This document shows, piece by piece, positions 50,586 through 64,000 of a DNA stretch of 64,000 nt (its first letter is position 1; each line of letters opens with the position of its first letter). This DNA is from Rhizophagus irregularis (taxonomy: Eukaryota), in contig NC_089433.1 in assembly GCF_026210795.1 (NCBI RefSeq), forward strand, positions 5,146,001 through 5,210,000, written 5' to 3'. A program made the translations under genes and the position numbers. Below the pieces are notes generated by a model. It had not been told where the DNA came from. It worked only from the letters and a program-made list of their open reading frames with translations, and searched no databases.

Positions 50586-52667
50586 CTAAATTGTATTATA
50601 TATATAATTAGACATTACTTCTTTAACAGGTTTCCATAAAATACGACGAAAACCAATTACTAAAACAACAAATCCTTTTAATTTATTAGGATTTGATTTA
50701 ATTATTTTAATACGTTTATCAAATACTCCTGAACTAAAATAATTAATAACTTCTCCTTTTGAAATTGTATTCATATATGATTCTAATTGATTTATACCAT
50801 CATTTAATATTTCATTTATAGTTGTTTGATTTGTTTTTTTAAATTCTTTTGACCAATATGTATATGATCTTTTCAATAAAATTTCTTCACTTTCTTTCTC
50901 AAGAATTTTATCTAAATTTTCTAATTCATTTGCACCAAATTTATCTTTTTGATTTTTTATTAAACCAACCAATGAAATATATTTTAATTCTAAACTAATA
51001 TAAATATCTCCAGTTCCTTTTAAAATAAAAATATCAGAATAACCAAAACGTCCTGATCCTTTTGATTTTGTACCATCCATTACTAATGAAAGTTCTGGAA
51101 TACGATATTTTAATGGTAAAAGACTTTCAACAATTGCTTGAAGCATTGATTCATTTGCTGAAGATAAAGATATTTTTGATCTTGTTAATAAAAAAGTTTT
51201 TAAAATCTCAATAAAAGGTATAATATTATTTTTAACAAGATCTTCATATGCTGAAGCAACAAGAAGTGCATCATTAATAACTTGTCTATATATTAAATTA
51301 TCTTTATTTTGTTCTAAAATTTGACTTTGTTTTTTCCAAGATCTATCTGTATCATCAGCATCATTATCTCTTATTCTTTTTAATTCTCTTATTTGTTTAT
51401 TTTGAAAAATAAGTTTTTCATTCCATTTTTTATTAAAAATAGATTCTAATGCTTCACCTGAACAATATACTTCACTGTTAATATCATTATATGTATAACA
51501 GTTGCGAAATATTAAATGAATATCATTTTCAAATTCTTCTAAACTTATATATTGATTATTTTCTAATTTAGAATTTATAGTAAATAGATCCATTGGATGT
51601 TTTATATCTTTGTTTTTAATATCTTCAGCATATTTATAAAATAAATTAGCATAAGATTCATCTTCAAGTTCATGAAGAATATCATAACAAAAATTAATAA
51701 GTTTAATATTCTTTTTAGGTAAATTTAATTGTGAAGTTTCAGAAACTTTGGATGTTTCTTTTTGAAGTGATATATCTGATTGTATATCTGTTTGTAAAAT
51801 CTCTATTTTTTTTGAAAAAGATTTAAAATTTTCCTTCTCATATTCTTTAATGATTTCTTGCTTTTGTGAAGTCTTAAAAAAACCAGCAGGAACTTCATTT
51901 GTTTCTTTTGAAGGTGATTTAACATTAGAAATAACAGCTGTCTTTTTTGGAAAACTTGCAACATTAGTAATATCAGATATTAGATTTTTCTTTTCATATT
52001 CCTTAATGATTTCTTGCTCTTGTGAAGTTTTAGAAAGATCAGTAGGATCTGTTTCTTTTGGAGAAGATGCATCATTATAAATAGCAGGTGTTAGATTCTT
52101 TTTTTCATATTCCTTAATAATTCCTTGCCAGAATGCTTGCAATCTTTTTGCATAACGCAACCGTTCTGTATTTAACTGTTATAAGAAGATATAAGATTAT
52201 TAGTAGTGCATTAAATTTATTTAGTAATAAAGAAGGTACATAGCCAATTCCTCCTCCAGAATTAGCAGACTTTATCAACAACAAAGTTAGGGTGCCTGAG
52301 TTGAGAGCTTGGGCTGGTTACCAAGGTTGTCAAAACAGTAATTCTCACTTAGGTGACTACGACGAGTATTAGGAGTTACCCACACTTTGCAAAATAAAAA
52401 TAAACGCACCTTATCCTTTACTGCAACAAAAATATCTGGTTCTAATAATTTTTTGGCTACATTTAAAAAACGTTTGTACCAAGTGATATCAATGCTTTGC
52501 CACTTTGCCAATGTTAATGAAGAGCTAGTTAGTTGGGTTAGTGAAGCAATTATGGTATCTTGATTAAGGCTTAAAAATCTGCAGTATGACAAACAATTAT
52601 TTGACTCAATTAAATAAGAAACAAGAGACTCATATCCAATATAGTTTTCAGTTGTTTTTGTATTCAT
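50586..52667 (-). CDS. Bromodomain protein with a C-terminal PD-(D/E)XK-like nuclease domain (~615 aa, 2 exons)
   Basis: Exon 1 52667-52410, GT-AG intron, exon 2 52175-50586 in frame. Bromodomain IKHPMDLFTINSKLENNQY...FENDIHLIFRNCYTYN. C-terminal E..LQ...ELSL...GRFGYSDIF...LELKY. Confidence 0.82.
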
Positions 52668-52832
52668 GTTTAGTAACTAAACTCAAAAAAAAAAAATATA
52701 TAATATAAAGTATTTGTTTAGGAAGAATATAAATATTTCTGGGAATATTTATAGAGCAAGAATATTTATAGAGCAAGAGAAAATAAAAAAATAAAGCAAA
52801 AGTACTATTTATAGTAAGAGAAATTAGGGATC

Positions 52833-52948
52833 TTAAATATAAAAACGGTAATGACTCAGACTGACACATTTACACGAAAAAAGCACTATATTAAATATAA
52901 AAACGGTAATGACTTAGACTGACACATTTACACGAAAAAAGCACTATA
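52833..52948. repeat. 58-bp tandem duplication upstream of the bromodomain gene
   Basis: TTAAATATAAAAACGGTAATGACT(C/T)AGACTGACACATTTACACGAAAAAAGCACTATA twice, one mismatch. Confidence 0.9.
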
Positions 52949-53969
52949 AAATACTCAGCTTTTATCAGTCAAACTCAGTCCAACCCATTATTACAGTAGA
53001 TTATAAACTGTATATACGATTCATGTAAGGATGAAAAGAAATAAATATATTAGATAAGTATGGTTCACATTACATAAATAGAATCGTAATTTATCATATT
53101 AATCTAGAACAAACTAGCAAGAAAAAAATAATACGAGGCATGTATACAACATATATACCAGATGATACAGTATATTGTTATATCAGATCGATCTTTAATA
53201 AGATATTGAGCGTTACACAAAATTTTTACCATATGTTTTTCAGTTTGTAAGTTATATCATTTAATAGTACCAGTGATTTTTTATGACAGATCATGACAGA
53301 TCTTTATAATATATCCTTTTTTTTGACTCGTATTTCAGCTTTCATTTGGATTTACAAATATTTTATGAAATACTAGTAGAATTAACTTGCTTCCTATATT
53401 ATTAAATATTATTAATTTATTACACGTAAAATATTATGAATAATTAAAAAATAACTTATAATCTATATTATTAAATAATTTTTAAATAAATAGCTTAAAT
53501 AATTATATAAATAGTAACACAAGATACTTGATTTAAAGCCAGGTATGATCCAAAGGGTTACTTAACTCTTAAGAAGTGCGGTACAGTAATAGAATTTAAA
53601 AGTACTTGTTATCTATATAATTAAATAAATTTTAATAAATTATATTATTAAATAATTTTTGTAAACATTAAACATTAAATAATATAAATAAATAAATAAC
53701 TTATTCCCTATATTAAGATTTTTAAAAATACAGCAGAAAAAGTCAAATATTTTATGTAGATCTTTCCTTTTTTTTAGATAGTGTGGGCCAGAGTTTCGTT
53801 ACATTTAAATACTGACCGACATTATCGTAATTCTGGCCCTAAAAAGAAGCTTATTCTTGCCGATCATGTGACTTTAATATGTAATATGTATAATAAAAAT
53901 AAAAAAATAAAATAACTTATTACCTTACCACTCTTTAGAATAAAATAAAATAAATAACTTATTACTAAA

Positions 53970-56900
53970 AAATTAGAGAATTTCTTCGACATTCAAGTCA
54001 AATCTCTATTAAATATCCTCCTACAAGCACTTTAATACACCACTTCTACGCCCAGTGGCGCTACAAAAAATCGCAGAACTACATGAGATATGGTACCCAC
54101 GGATCTCGAAACACCAAAAGATCGCACACATAAACCTCCAGACATCGTTAAAAATTGTATTACATATCCTAAATCCCAATGGACGATACATCACAACAAC
54201 CATAACAAAGACATCATAATGGGTAAAACTATCGCACAAGTCCAAATTCTCCTTCAATAACATATTTGGAACACTGCATCAACAATATTTCTCCTCAAGA
54301 CCATATGAATACACCACGTCGAAAAGACATAATACTTACTAAATATCAAGGATGTACATTAAACTCTTATTACCCTTACGACTTCCGACAAAATGTGTTA
54401 TTACAACCCTATAAGAAATATGTATACGGAAAGGATACGTTTTGTATACATTTTATGTACGTTTCTATAGATTCCGTATACAAATTCCGTATATTTAATA
54501 AGCAATTCATTTTTGAACATTTTTAAAGTATACGGAAAAAATTAATCATACGGAATGTATACGGAATTTTTAAACTTAATATTTTTAGAAAATAATTTTA
54601 CAAAAATCTCGTATCATAACACGAGATCACGTGATTATTTATTGTTTTGTTTAATTTGTTATGATACGTTTTTTGTTTTTTATATAAACCCTTACTTTGA
54701 TGAGTTTGATCTTCCAATCTTCCTTTCTTCCTTCTCTTTTCTCTTGTCTTATTTTTGTTATTTTTTCTAAATTTTTCTTCTTTTTTCGTCACCCTCCTTT
54801 TAAAAAAAAAATTTTTTTTTCGTACCTCACTTTAAAAATTTTTTTTCATCACTCTCCTTTAAAAAAAAAATTTTTTTTCGTCACTCCCTTAAAAAAAAAT
54901 TTTTTTTTGATTTTATTCTTTTATTCCCACTCTTCTTTTTTTTAAAAAAAATTTTCTTCTTTCTATCTCTATTCCTCTTTATAAAAAATTTTTTATTTTT
55001 CTAACTTTGACGTCCTCTCTTTAAAAAAAAAATTTTTTTTAACTTTCCTAACTTCGTTACCCTCTTTTTAAAAAAAATATTTTTTTTTTGATTTATTCTT
55101 TATTCCCCTTTCTTTTTTATTTATATTTATCCCTTTTTTTATTTCATAGGCCAGCAGATTTTTTTTGTGAGAAGATTCAGTTTCTTTTTTCTTTTTTGTA
55201 GATCAGTTTGGGAGTCTTTTCCTTTCCTTTTTGTAGGATTGTTCAGGATTTTTTTCTTTTTTTAGGTCAGTTCGAATTTCTTTTTTTTTTTTGTAAGTTG
55301 GGTTCAGATTCTTTTCTTTTTATAGGTTGTTTCAGTTTTGTTGCTTCAGAGTCTTCTTTTTTTGTAGTCAGTTTTGGATTTATTTTGTTGTTTTGGTTTC
55401 TTTTTCATCAGATGCTTCATAATTCTTTTCATTTATGTAGGTCAGACATTCTGGAGTTCTCTTTCTTTTTTTGTAGGAATGCTGACCTTTGGTGACTTGG
55501 ACAATTGCAGATACTATATGAAGGGGGGGTTTTGTTTCCAATTAAGTTAGACGTTCTTATGTTTCTTTTTTTGTTTTTTTTAGGTTGTTTGACTCCAAAT
55601 GAACCTGAACTTATAGATAATTTTGGTTGCAATAGGTGGTTTTAATGAGGAGGGAATTTTCATAATGTATTTGTATTTGTTTATTTTTTATTTTTTATTT
55701 AATTTAATAAAGTAAAATTAGATTTATGTAAATATAATTATAGTTAACTGTAATACAAATAGTAAATTCAGTGACCAAATCGTATAAATTTCGTGATAAA
55801 ATCAGTGATCAAATCATGTAAATTCCATATGAATTCCGTGCAAATTCCGTATCCAAACCATATATTTAGTGATACGGAATTGTGCATTTTTCCGTATCCT
55901 ATTATGATACGTTATTTCTAAGGAAAAAAATCGTATAAAAACTTTATAAAAAACGTATCCAATTTTTTTATAGGGCAATCCCAACTTTACGCGCACTCCT
56001 TTTCAAAACACACAAAACTACTACGCAAATACACAAAAAAATATAAACATGAATTTAAAGCCCCTTATTTTGTAGCTACAAACCTTACACTAATTTAAGA
56101 TACATTACGTACCAAAATATTTTATCTTTTAGTAATATTACTCCTATCAATAATTCACTTTATAGTACCCCAACTTCTCCCTCATCAAGTAACAATTTGC
56201 AACTTATTACCGACAAATTTCTTAGCAACAAATCAAACAACAACTAATTAATATAGTAGTTCTTTACAACTTATACAGATTTTCTATTTTATACGGACGG
56301 ATCAGTCAAACAAATTGGCTCCGAAAAATGTACTAGCGGACACGGTTTGATCCAATGCCTTATCACTAGTCCAAAAACAGAATTCAAAGGATCGACTCTT
56401 TTTTTCCCGTCTTCCAGCAAAAGCGAAGCCATGGGCATCTTGACAGCTTTAATTACGTTACCCTACAACTGCAGATGCACTATATACACAGATTCAGCCA
56501 ATTGTATCAATAGATCCAACAATCAACTCAATACACCTACAATAAGCCCGCGCAGACAACCAAAACAAAACAACTTCTTAATTTGGAGACTTATTTTCTG
56601 GATATTAGAACACCACAATATTTTCCTTTCGTAAAGTCAAAGCGCACGCTAATAATCACTTCAACGATATAGCCGATCGCTTAGCGAAAGCAGCTGCCGA
56701 TATTAAAGACCCTATAATTGTCAACTTTAAATTCTTTTCTCCAACTTCTTTTGATAGGTTTCTCCATTATATGATATTCGAAATGGAACGGCACAGTCAT
56801 TCAAGCCAAAATTTTTAACTCGTTATTCAACAAGAACAATAAATTCTTAAGGGAAACATCGATTGACACTACACTAATAAATGGGTTCAATTTAATCTTA

Positions 56901-57923
56901 CTGACTCTCCTACGAATGAACGCCTGTCTAGGATCAAGAATCAAAAAATCAAATTTCATATATCACACCTTAGATATTTCGCAACGTAATTATCCGTTAT
57001 TCTATCCGTCAAGCCCTCTCTTATGTTTAGAATGTTAATACGTATGAAGATTCAAACCAACATATCGGCTTATGACCAAAACATTTCGACAAAATCACTC
57101 GCATTATGGACAAACAAAAAGACATTTTATACAACATAATATTGAAGTACGCTACAGGACTCACCTCCGATCTCAAAGATCGCATTAATAATTCACTTCT
57201 TTTTAATTTATCGGAAGACAATATTAATTCTTCATCTCTAAACGTCAATGATTCTTTCTACCTCTTGTTACACAATCTCATTCCAACAGAATTAACCAAC
57301 TTATTATATAACTATATTGACAAAAAACGCATACGCGACGTAGCCTTACACCATCATATGGCACGACCGTGCAAAAACTGTCAAAAGTTGGGAACTATCG
57401 AATAACATCACTAAAATCAAAAAGAAAAACCACTACAAAATTCAAGACAAACGTAATATAATAACGTAACTGACGATAATACAATAAGATATAAAAAACC
57501 AGATTTACCTTACTCTAATACTAATACACATGTCCGACTCAATGATGCGGCTTACATCCGTCGGACATCAAGCAATTTTTTACACGGGGAGATTGGAATA
57601 TTCATCGGGACAATTTACTTTTTCCTTCACCTTATAAAATAGACTCGTATTATAACACTTTCTTTTATTTGTAATTTGTTAAATTAATTTTCTTATTTTT
57701 TTATTTTATTTCTGACGTTTATTATTTTTCCTTGGTGCGATTGTCCGGCTGCGTGCTTTGCTCGCATCCTTTCTTTACACATAGATTTTAGATTTTTCAC
57801 CAAGGTGGCATCGCCCTGATTCCGTTAGGGTCAGTACGCGATTTGACCTTCGGTTTTAGTATATAGTATCTTAGTAATGGTTACTGTAACTTTGTTCACT
57901 TTGAGAAATAAAAATAAAAATAA
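53970..57923 (+). mobile_element. 5'-truncated, decayed non-LTR retrotransposon (LINE) with RNase H domain
   Basis: RNase H motifs FYTDGS (~56288), SSSKSEAMGILTAL, IYTDS and KVKAHANNHFNDIADRLAK, with frameshifts. (TAAAAA)n tail at ~57909-57923. Candidate TSD AAATAACTTATTAC(T/C)AAA (53952-53969 / 57924-57941). Interrupted by the 54407-55975 element. Confidence 0.85.
54407..55975. mobile_element. Non-autonomous CACTA/CMC-like element nested in the LINE
   Basis: Termini CCCTATAA...TTATAGGG, 3-bp TSD CAA (54404-54406, 55976-55978), subterminal TACGGAA/TTCCGTA repeats. Confidence 0.82.
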
Positions 57924-59988
57924 AAATAACTTATTACCAAATAATTTTTAAAGAATCTAGTTGGTGTAATTTACATGACGTTTTTACATGTCAAAACCAT
58001 TATTAAAATCCCTTTCTGAACTCGATGTAAACTTTTAGATCAGTCAAAGATACTTCTATTATAATATGTTAAAAGCTTCATTATAAGGAAAAAGTTTTAA
58101 TTTTTTGAAAAGTGTTATGCACTTGTGCCAAGGAAGCTTAACCCGCCTGTCGTACATTCTGTACATGCCCATATTTTTAAAATCATATAGTTATTAAAAT
58201 ATAGACATCACTAAAAAAAAGAAATTTTAAATTGTTTAATAAAAGAATTTGACAAAACAGATACACTTTTAAATTTATTTTTTTAAAAATCAAGTCAATT
58301 AAAATATTCTTTAGTGCAGAGCTTATTTATTTTTAGAACATTTTTTATAATGTAGTTGGTCGCAAAATGTGACTGCATTCCTACATCTGCACTTGGTTTA
58401 GTCGCAAAATTTAAACGGATTTATGTTTGGGCCGAGTCCAGATAATCTGCAATGGCAGCAAACTACATAGTTCTCCTTATTTTCCTATTTTACTTGTTTT
58501 ACACGGTAAATTTCAAGTTTTTCTCTTAGGATTCTTTAGATCCGCGTTAGATTAGAGATTACAGAACTTCGAACTAGAGTGCGTTGACGCACCAACCTAT
58601 CCTAGTTTTGTTCGATTCCAACCATTCCATCTAAAGGTTTTTACTCGAAGCCCGTTGTGAAGAACTTTGAAAATCATGTGATCCGGATAAATCCATACCG
58701 GAAATTAAAATTGAAGTTTTCTTGTAATTGTATGTCGATCCTTTCTTATAGTTAGGTTGCATTAATAACAAACAATTGCCGATTGAATTTTCTTGGCGCC
58801 AAGAAAATTTTTTCTATTTAAGATTTGAATGAAAAGAAATATAGGGTTAGTACTTAAAGTAAAGTTTCAATCATTTTCTATATAAGAAATCACATAAATA
58901 AGTTAAAGGTCACAGAATAGAGTAGGCATGATATTTTATAAATGATTCAATACTTTTTTTTTTTAATAATAAATTATTTATATTGAATAGATCTAATTAT
59001 TTTATTGTAACACTTTGTTTTGTCGAATGATTTTATTTAAGATTATCTTTTTTAATCTATATTCTATTATATAGCTAACAAAAAAAATGAGAAATGACGT
59101 CAAAAATTACATAAAACGTTTTTTTGGGTACGATAAAAAAAAAATATGCTACTAGCTCAATAAAGTTCACGTTTGAAAGATAAAAATTTTTTTTTTTTTT
59201 GAAATTAGATATTTAGATACTAAATATAATAAATATGAAACTTATTATCATCTATCAATATATTTTTTCAGTTATAATTTCATAATCCAATTACATAATA
59301 TGATTTTTACGCTTACGTGTACATTTTTGGATTAATAATATTTTTTGATTTATGCAATATTCATCTTAAAATAGTAAATTTTATTGTACATCATCTTATA
59401 AAAATAGTTCCGTAATGTATCACAAAAAAATTATTGTTTATTTCAATTAAATCTAGGCCAGAATCGGTTAAGATTGACCAATAGTTACACTAAAAAGATG
59501 CGATTTTTTTTTAGAATATATCATTAATAATATATTTATCGTCAATTATTTATATTTTTATTTATTATATTTATATTATATTATTTCAATAATAATAATA
59601 ATAATAATAAACAAAACAAAAATTCAGTGAAGCAGTTGCTTTTCTGCGGCAAATTTGCCTATATACAAAATTTACAGAACTTTTGAATCTATACATATTG
59701 TATACCGCAAAATCTACGAAATCTACATTATTTTTATTAAAAACAAACGTTTTCATCTTTTTCTATCGTTCAGAAAGATTTTGTATTGATATTAAAAAGT
59801 GCATCATTGATGTTGATTCTTTTTATAAAATAAAAAAAATGTGCAATTAATGAAGATTTATTTAACCTTTAATTATTTATAATGATAATATTAATTGGTT
59901 ATATTATACAAAATTGGGGATTTATATATATATATATATAATAATTATATCTTTAAATTTTTTTCTAAATTCTTATATTAAAGGTCAT

Positions 59989-61286
59989 TTAATAATAATT
60001 TTGATTGTTATTTCGACCCTAAAAATAAAAAATAAAATAAAAAAAAAGGTTTGATGAGAAAATAAAACATGATTATCGTGTCACAGAAAAAAGTTAAAAT
60101 TATTTTATACCGTATATGTAGAGCTCATCTGTGGATTATAGGGAACCGAAGTAGCCGTTCTCATATTCATCTGAGGATTAGCATAATTCATCCTCTCATT
60201 CCCATTGTCGTTTATATTATTTTTCTTTCTATTATTGTTATTAGCGTTCAAACTTTCATAAGAATTAGCATTCCTCACAGAAGGTTTTGGTATCTCAGTA
60301 TTGTTTGAAGGGGGTGTGTTATTAAATGAGGGCGGAGGTGAGTTTTTATATTGAGGAATGTAGTCAGGTTGAGGTATGTTATTAAGTGGAAGAGTGTTGT
60401 CAGGTCTGTTAGGTGTGTTAACAATTGGAAGAGTGTTGTCAGGTCGGGGTGTGTTATTAAATGGGGGAGTGTTGTCAGGTCGAGGTGTGTTATTAAATGG
60501 GGGCGTGTTGTCAGGTCGGGGTTTGTTGTTGGAAGGAGGTATGTAATTGGAGGGAGGAGTTTTAGGCAACTTTCTATCATCGATGATGACTGAATAGTCC
60601 TCGTTTGATGAAAGAAGTCTCTCAAGTTCCTCTTTCTGTTTATTAATTCTTCTAAGTTTATTATTTCTACAAAGTTGCAAACGGATGGTACACTCGGTAA
60701 CATCAGCGAGGGCGTCATTTATTTCTAGCTCTATCTCTGCTTCCTCAGCATATTTTGGCGTTATCTTTCCCTTAGCCTTAACACCATTATTATCAAGGGA
60801 ATAATTCATTTCTACTTTATAATGACTGAGAACGTTACGCCACTTGAGTTTCCAATTGGCAGTTGGGTTATCACTGACATTATATTGATCGAACAATTTT
60901 TTAATAGCTTCAGAAAATCTTTCGGAGCGACGTTTTGCTTCTTCGTTGACCAAATATCTCCCTACAAAGAAAGCGATAGCATTTATACCTTCTATCGCGA
61001 AGGGAGCAATAAATCCTCCAAAAAGTTGAGACAAAAAGATAATAAAAAAAATAAAAATAAAAGCAATAGCGATGAAAGCATATAAAAGACCCTTTTTTGC
61101 TCTGTCACTCAGTAGTGGGTTTTCAGCGACTACTCTATTAATTTCTTCAAGACGAATATCTAATTCCTCTCTATCAAGATAACCATGCATATCAAGACAC
61201 CATTCCGTTTCAAAATAATACTTTGGCGTAAAGTAATTACAATCAAGAGTATTTTCTTCTCTAAGACGATTTAATACTATTTTCAT
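59989..61286 (-). CDS. Paralogue of the 21676 membrane protein with a longer Pro/Asn repeat tract
   Basis: High similarity to 21676-22861 over the first ~240 aa; same terminal intron; last exon GRNNNQNYY* (60018-59989). Confidence 0.8.
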
Positions 61287-64000
61287 ATTGAAGTATGATC
61301 TTAGAAAAAGCCGTTAATGAGTGAGGAAAAAAAAAAATCTTTGTGTTATTTATTTGTAAGAAGATTTTTTCTAAATGGAAAAATGAATGAAGTATTTTTT
61401 CTTTTTTTTTTTTTGTAATGAAATATTGAAATATTAAATATTCGAATTACAAAAAAAAAAAAAAAAAAAAGTTTTGTATTAAAAATAAAATTTCATGAGA
61501 TTTTTGATTAGAATCATATTAGGTTATATATATATATGTTATCTGTTATCTTTTTACTTTTGGAATCAATGATAATAAATTTAATGGTTGTGTTATTATT
61601 TATATGTGAATGAGTTTTGTAAGTATTGAAAAGGAAATTTTTGCGAATCGTTTCGTTTCGTGTACAACAATGTGTCCTTGTTGAAGTCAAAAACCGGTAA
61701 TTTGGTAAAACGTCGCACACGACTAATTCGCAATTTTTCCTCCGTACCGCCAAATTTTCGTTTAACAATAAACAATAATTTAAGTAATTTGGAGTTTTTG
61801 GATGATATATTAAAAAAAAAAGAAGAAGAAAGAAAAAATTTTAAAGTCAACAAATAGAATACATCATAAGACTTTCCATTAATTTGATATAAATTCTATG
61901 GATATCTTCGGTATCACAAATTTGCGGAAAACTACCAAATATTTTATCTTTATTGTCTATATTAATTTATGATAATTAATAATTATATTTTACACTTAAA
62001 ATAACGAATTTATTTAACGATTAATTATTTGTTAATTAGATAACTTTTGTCTAGTAATATTAATTTTTTTTTTTCTAGATCGAATTTTGTCCAACTTTTC
62101 GGTTATTAGATTTTTGTGATTCTTTCTTCGAAAATTGCACAAATATCAGATAATGAATTCAACGATTCATGAGTTATGAATATTTATATTACGCGATGTT
62201 AGTTAACAATGCAATTATACACCAATAATTTCCTTAAAAATTTGTATAATAATGTACTTCCAGTAATATACTACATGTTAAGATCAAAACAAATCCGTTC
62301 TTCTTGTTCTTTTAAGAGCCCCCCTTTTGAATACTCATTAATTGGTATAATTTTTATATAAGACCAACGAAAAACAAATATTATTGGATCATTAAAACAA
62401 ACAGATCGACACTTATGAATGAAAGAAGGGATTTAATGTGTTATGTTACCCATAATGTTTGTGAAACAGATTTTTTATTTTATTTCCATTTATATACATG
62501 AAGCAAATTATTGATTTGTTTTAACCGTTCTAGCCACCAATTAATATGGTGAAACTTAATCAATATTGTATTTGTTACATGTGAACGTTTAAATGGTTAG
62601 TTTTTTCTCATTATGTTTCATTTTATTAACTAATTATGGTTTTTTGAATTAAAAAAAAAAATTGATTTTTTTTTTAATTTACTTTTGTTAATTTGATTGA
62701 TAATAAGATTTTACAGTTATAAGAAATTTAAGAAATTTTAATCCCGTTACAACTCCATATTTTTATTTTTATTTTTATTTATTATTATTGTTATTATTAT
62801 TATTATTATTATGAAAAAAATGCCACGTTTACGGAAAATATAACAAACCGAATAATTTTCATCATTTAAAGATTAGGAAAATTTCCGTGAAAATGTTTCA
62901 TTTAAAAAAAAAAACGCAGTTACTGCGATAAAACAAATCTACAATTTTGGACAATTGTATATATTTATATATTATATGAATTTGTGTATAACAAACAATA
63001 ATTAATTTTTTATGCATAAAGTCAACGGCGGGATGTCACAATAACTAACGTCATCTTTCTTTGTAATTTTAGGCATAACATAATAAAGATATGAGTTAAT
63101 GATGTTGAAGAAATGAAAGAAAATTTTTATAATAAAATTTGGGCTCTGATTAAACCATATACGTGATTGAATTATTATATTTTGTCATAATATTCTTTTG
63201 AAATAAATTATAAATTCATCCATATATAAACTGAATGTATGAAGAGCCTATTTAATCATAGCCATATTTCTCAAACAATAATACAAAATGTATATTTTAT
63301 GATTTCCTTTTTTTTTTAATTTTAGTTTTCTTTTATTAACTGACACTTAGGGATGACAATGATATAAAGTTTATAATATCGTATATACTTAAAAATAAAC
63401 GCCTCTGGCTAGAATTATGAAGATTTTGGTAAAAAGAGGATGTTAAGAGAATTAAACGCCCTAATGTTACATAGAAAGTGGACTTGTCCGATCATTCATT
63501 GACAAATAATTTGATCGGTTACAGTAGTACAATTTACAAACACAACGCCATTTTTTTGATTTGTAACACCGAAAATTTATTAACTGCGCCTCACTCCTTA
63601 CTGCGCCTTAAGTGCCGAAATGTAAAAGAAGTTCAACAAACTGATTACAAAATGCATTAATAATGCAAGCTTATATTATTATATAACACCTTTGTAAATC
63701 TTTCCCTCTATTTTTTTTCAAGTAGTACGGTTAGAATTTAAAACAAAAAAATTTATATCGTTGAAAATATTCCTTGCTTTCTTATTAATACTGTAAAATG
63801 AATCAAGGGAAAATTTCATGATAGTCAATACTATCGGCAAAATGGTTTGTCGATTCGCTAAAATGGTTTCGGAAAAATGTGATGTCGTGAAATGGCAAGT
63901 AGGTAAAATGACGTCAGTAAATTTTATGTCGGTGAAACGGTAATACGAATTTGTAATCGGACAAAGAGAATTCTAACAAAAAATTCTGTTTATTACTTTC

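Noticed and set aside
49388..52667. Idea that the bromodomain-nuclease gene is cargo of the adjacent Mutator-like element
   Set aside because: Both TIR arms and both TSD copies lie downstream of the stop codon, so the gene is outside the element.
54555..55996. Phe- or Lys-rich short ORFs
   Set aside because: T-rich interior of the CACTA-like element; compositional artefacts.
63830..63950. Degenerate TCGG..AAATG repeats
   Set aside because: Probably a lone transposon end, but no partner TIR or TSD is visible in the window.

Overview
Very AT-rich, intron-containing eukaryotic DNA. Its gene families (expanded tyrosine-kinase-like kinases with an N-terminal CxxC..CxxC motif, F-box/LRR-like paralogues) are typical of an arbuscular mycorrhizal fungus (Glomeromycotina, Rhizophagus-like); this taxonomy is inferred from family content only. 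Host genes: three spliced kinases, two intact and three damaged F-box/LRR-like genes, an inverted pair of membrane proteins with Pro/Asn repeats, a bromodomain + PD-(D/E)XK-like fusion, a gene made only of five tandem kinase N-lobes, and two tandem atypical intron-containing tRNA-like genes. Mobile DNA: a decayed Helitron, an intact Tc1 (DD34E) element, a 5'-truncated RNase H-bearing LINE, and several non-autonomous TIR elements (Mutator-like, CACTA/CMC-like, hAT-like, PIF-like). The most striking object is a 2.6-kb element (24998-27604) with retrotransposition hallmarks (20-bp TSD, TAAAAA tail). It carries one intact 641-aa ORF with no recognisable RT or endonuclease and shares 3'-terminal motifs with the LINE in this window, suggesting a protein-coding non-autonomous retroelement mobilised in trans. 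All coordinates and alignments were read by eye; no searches were run.
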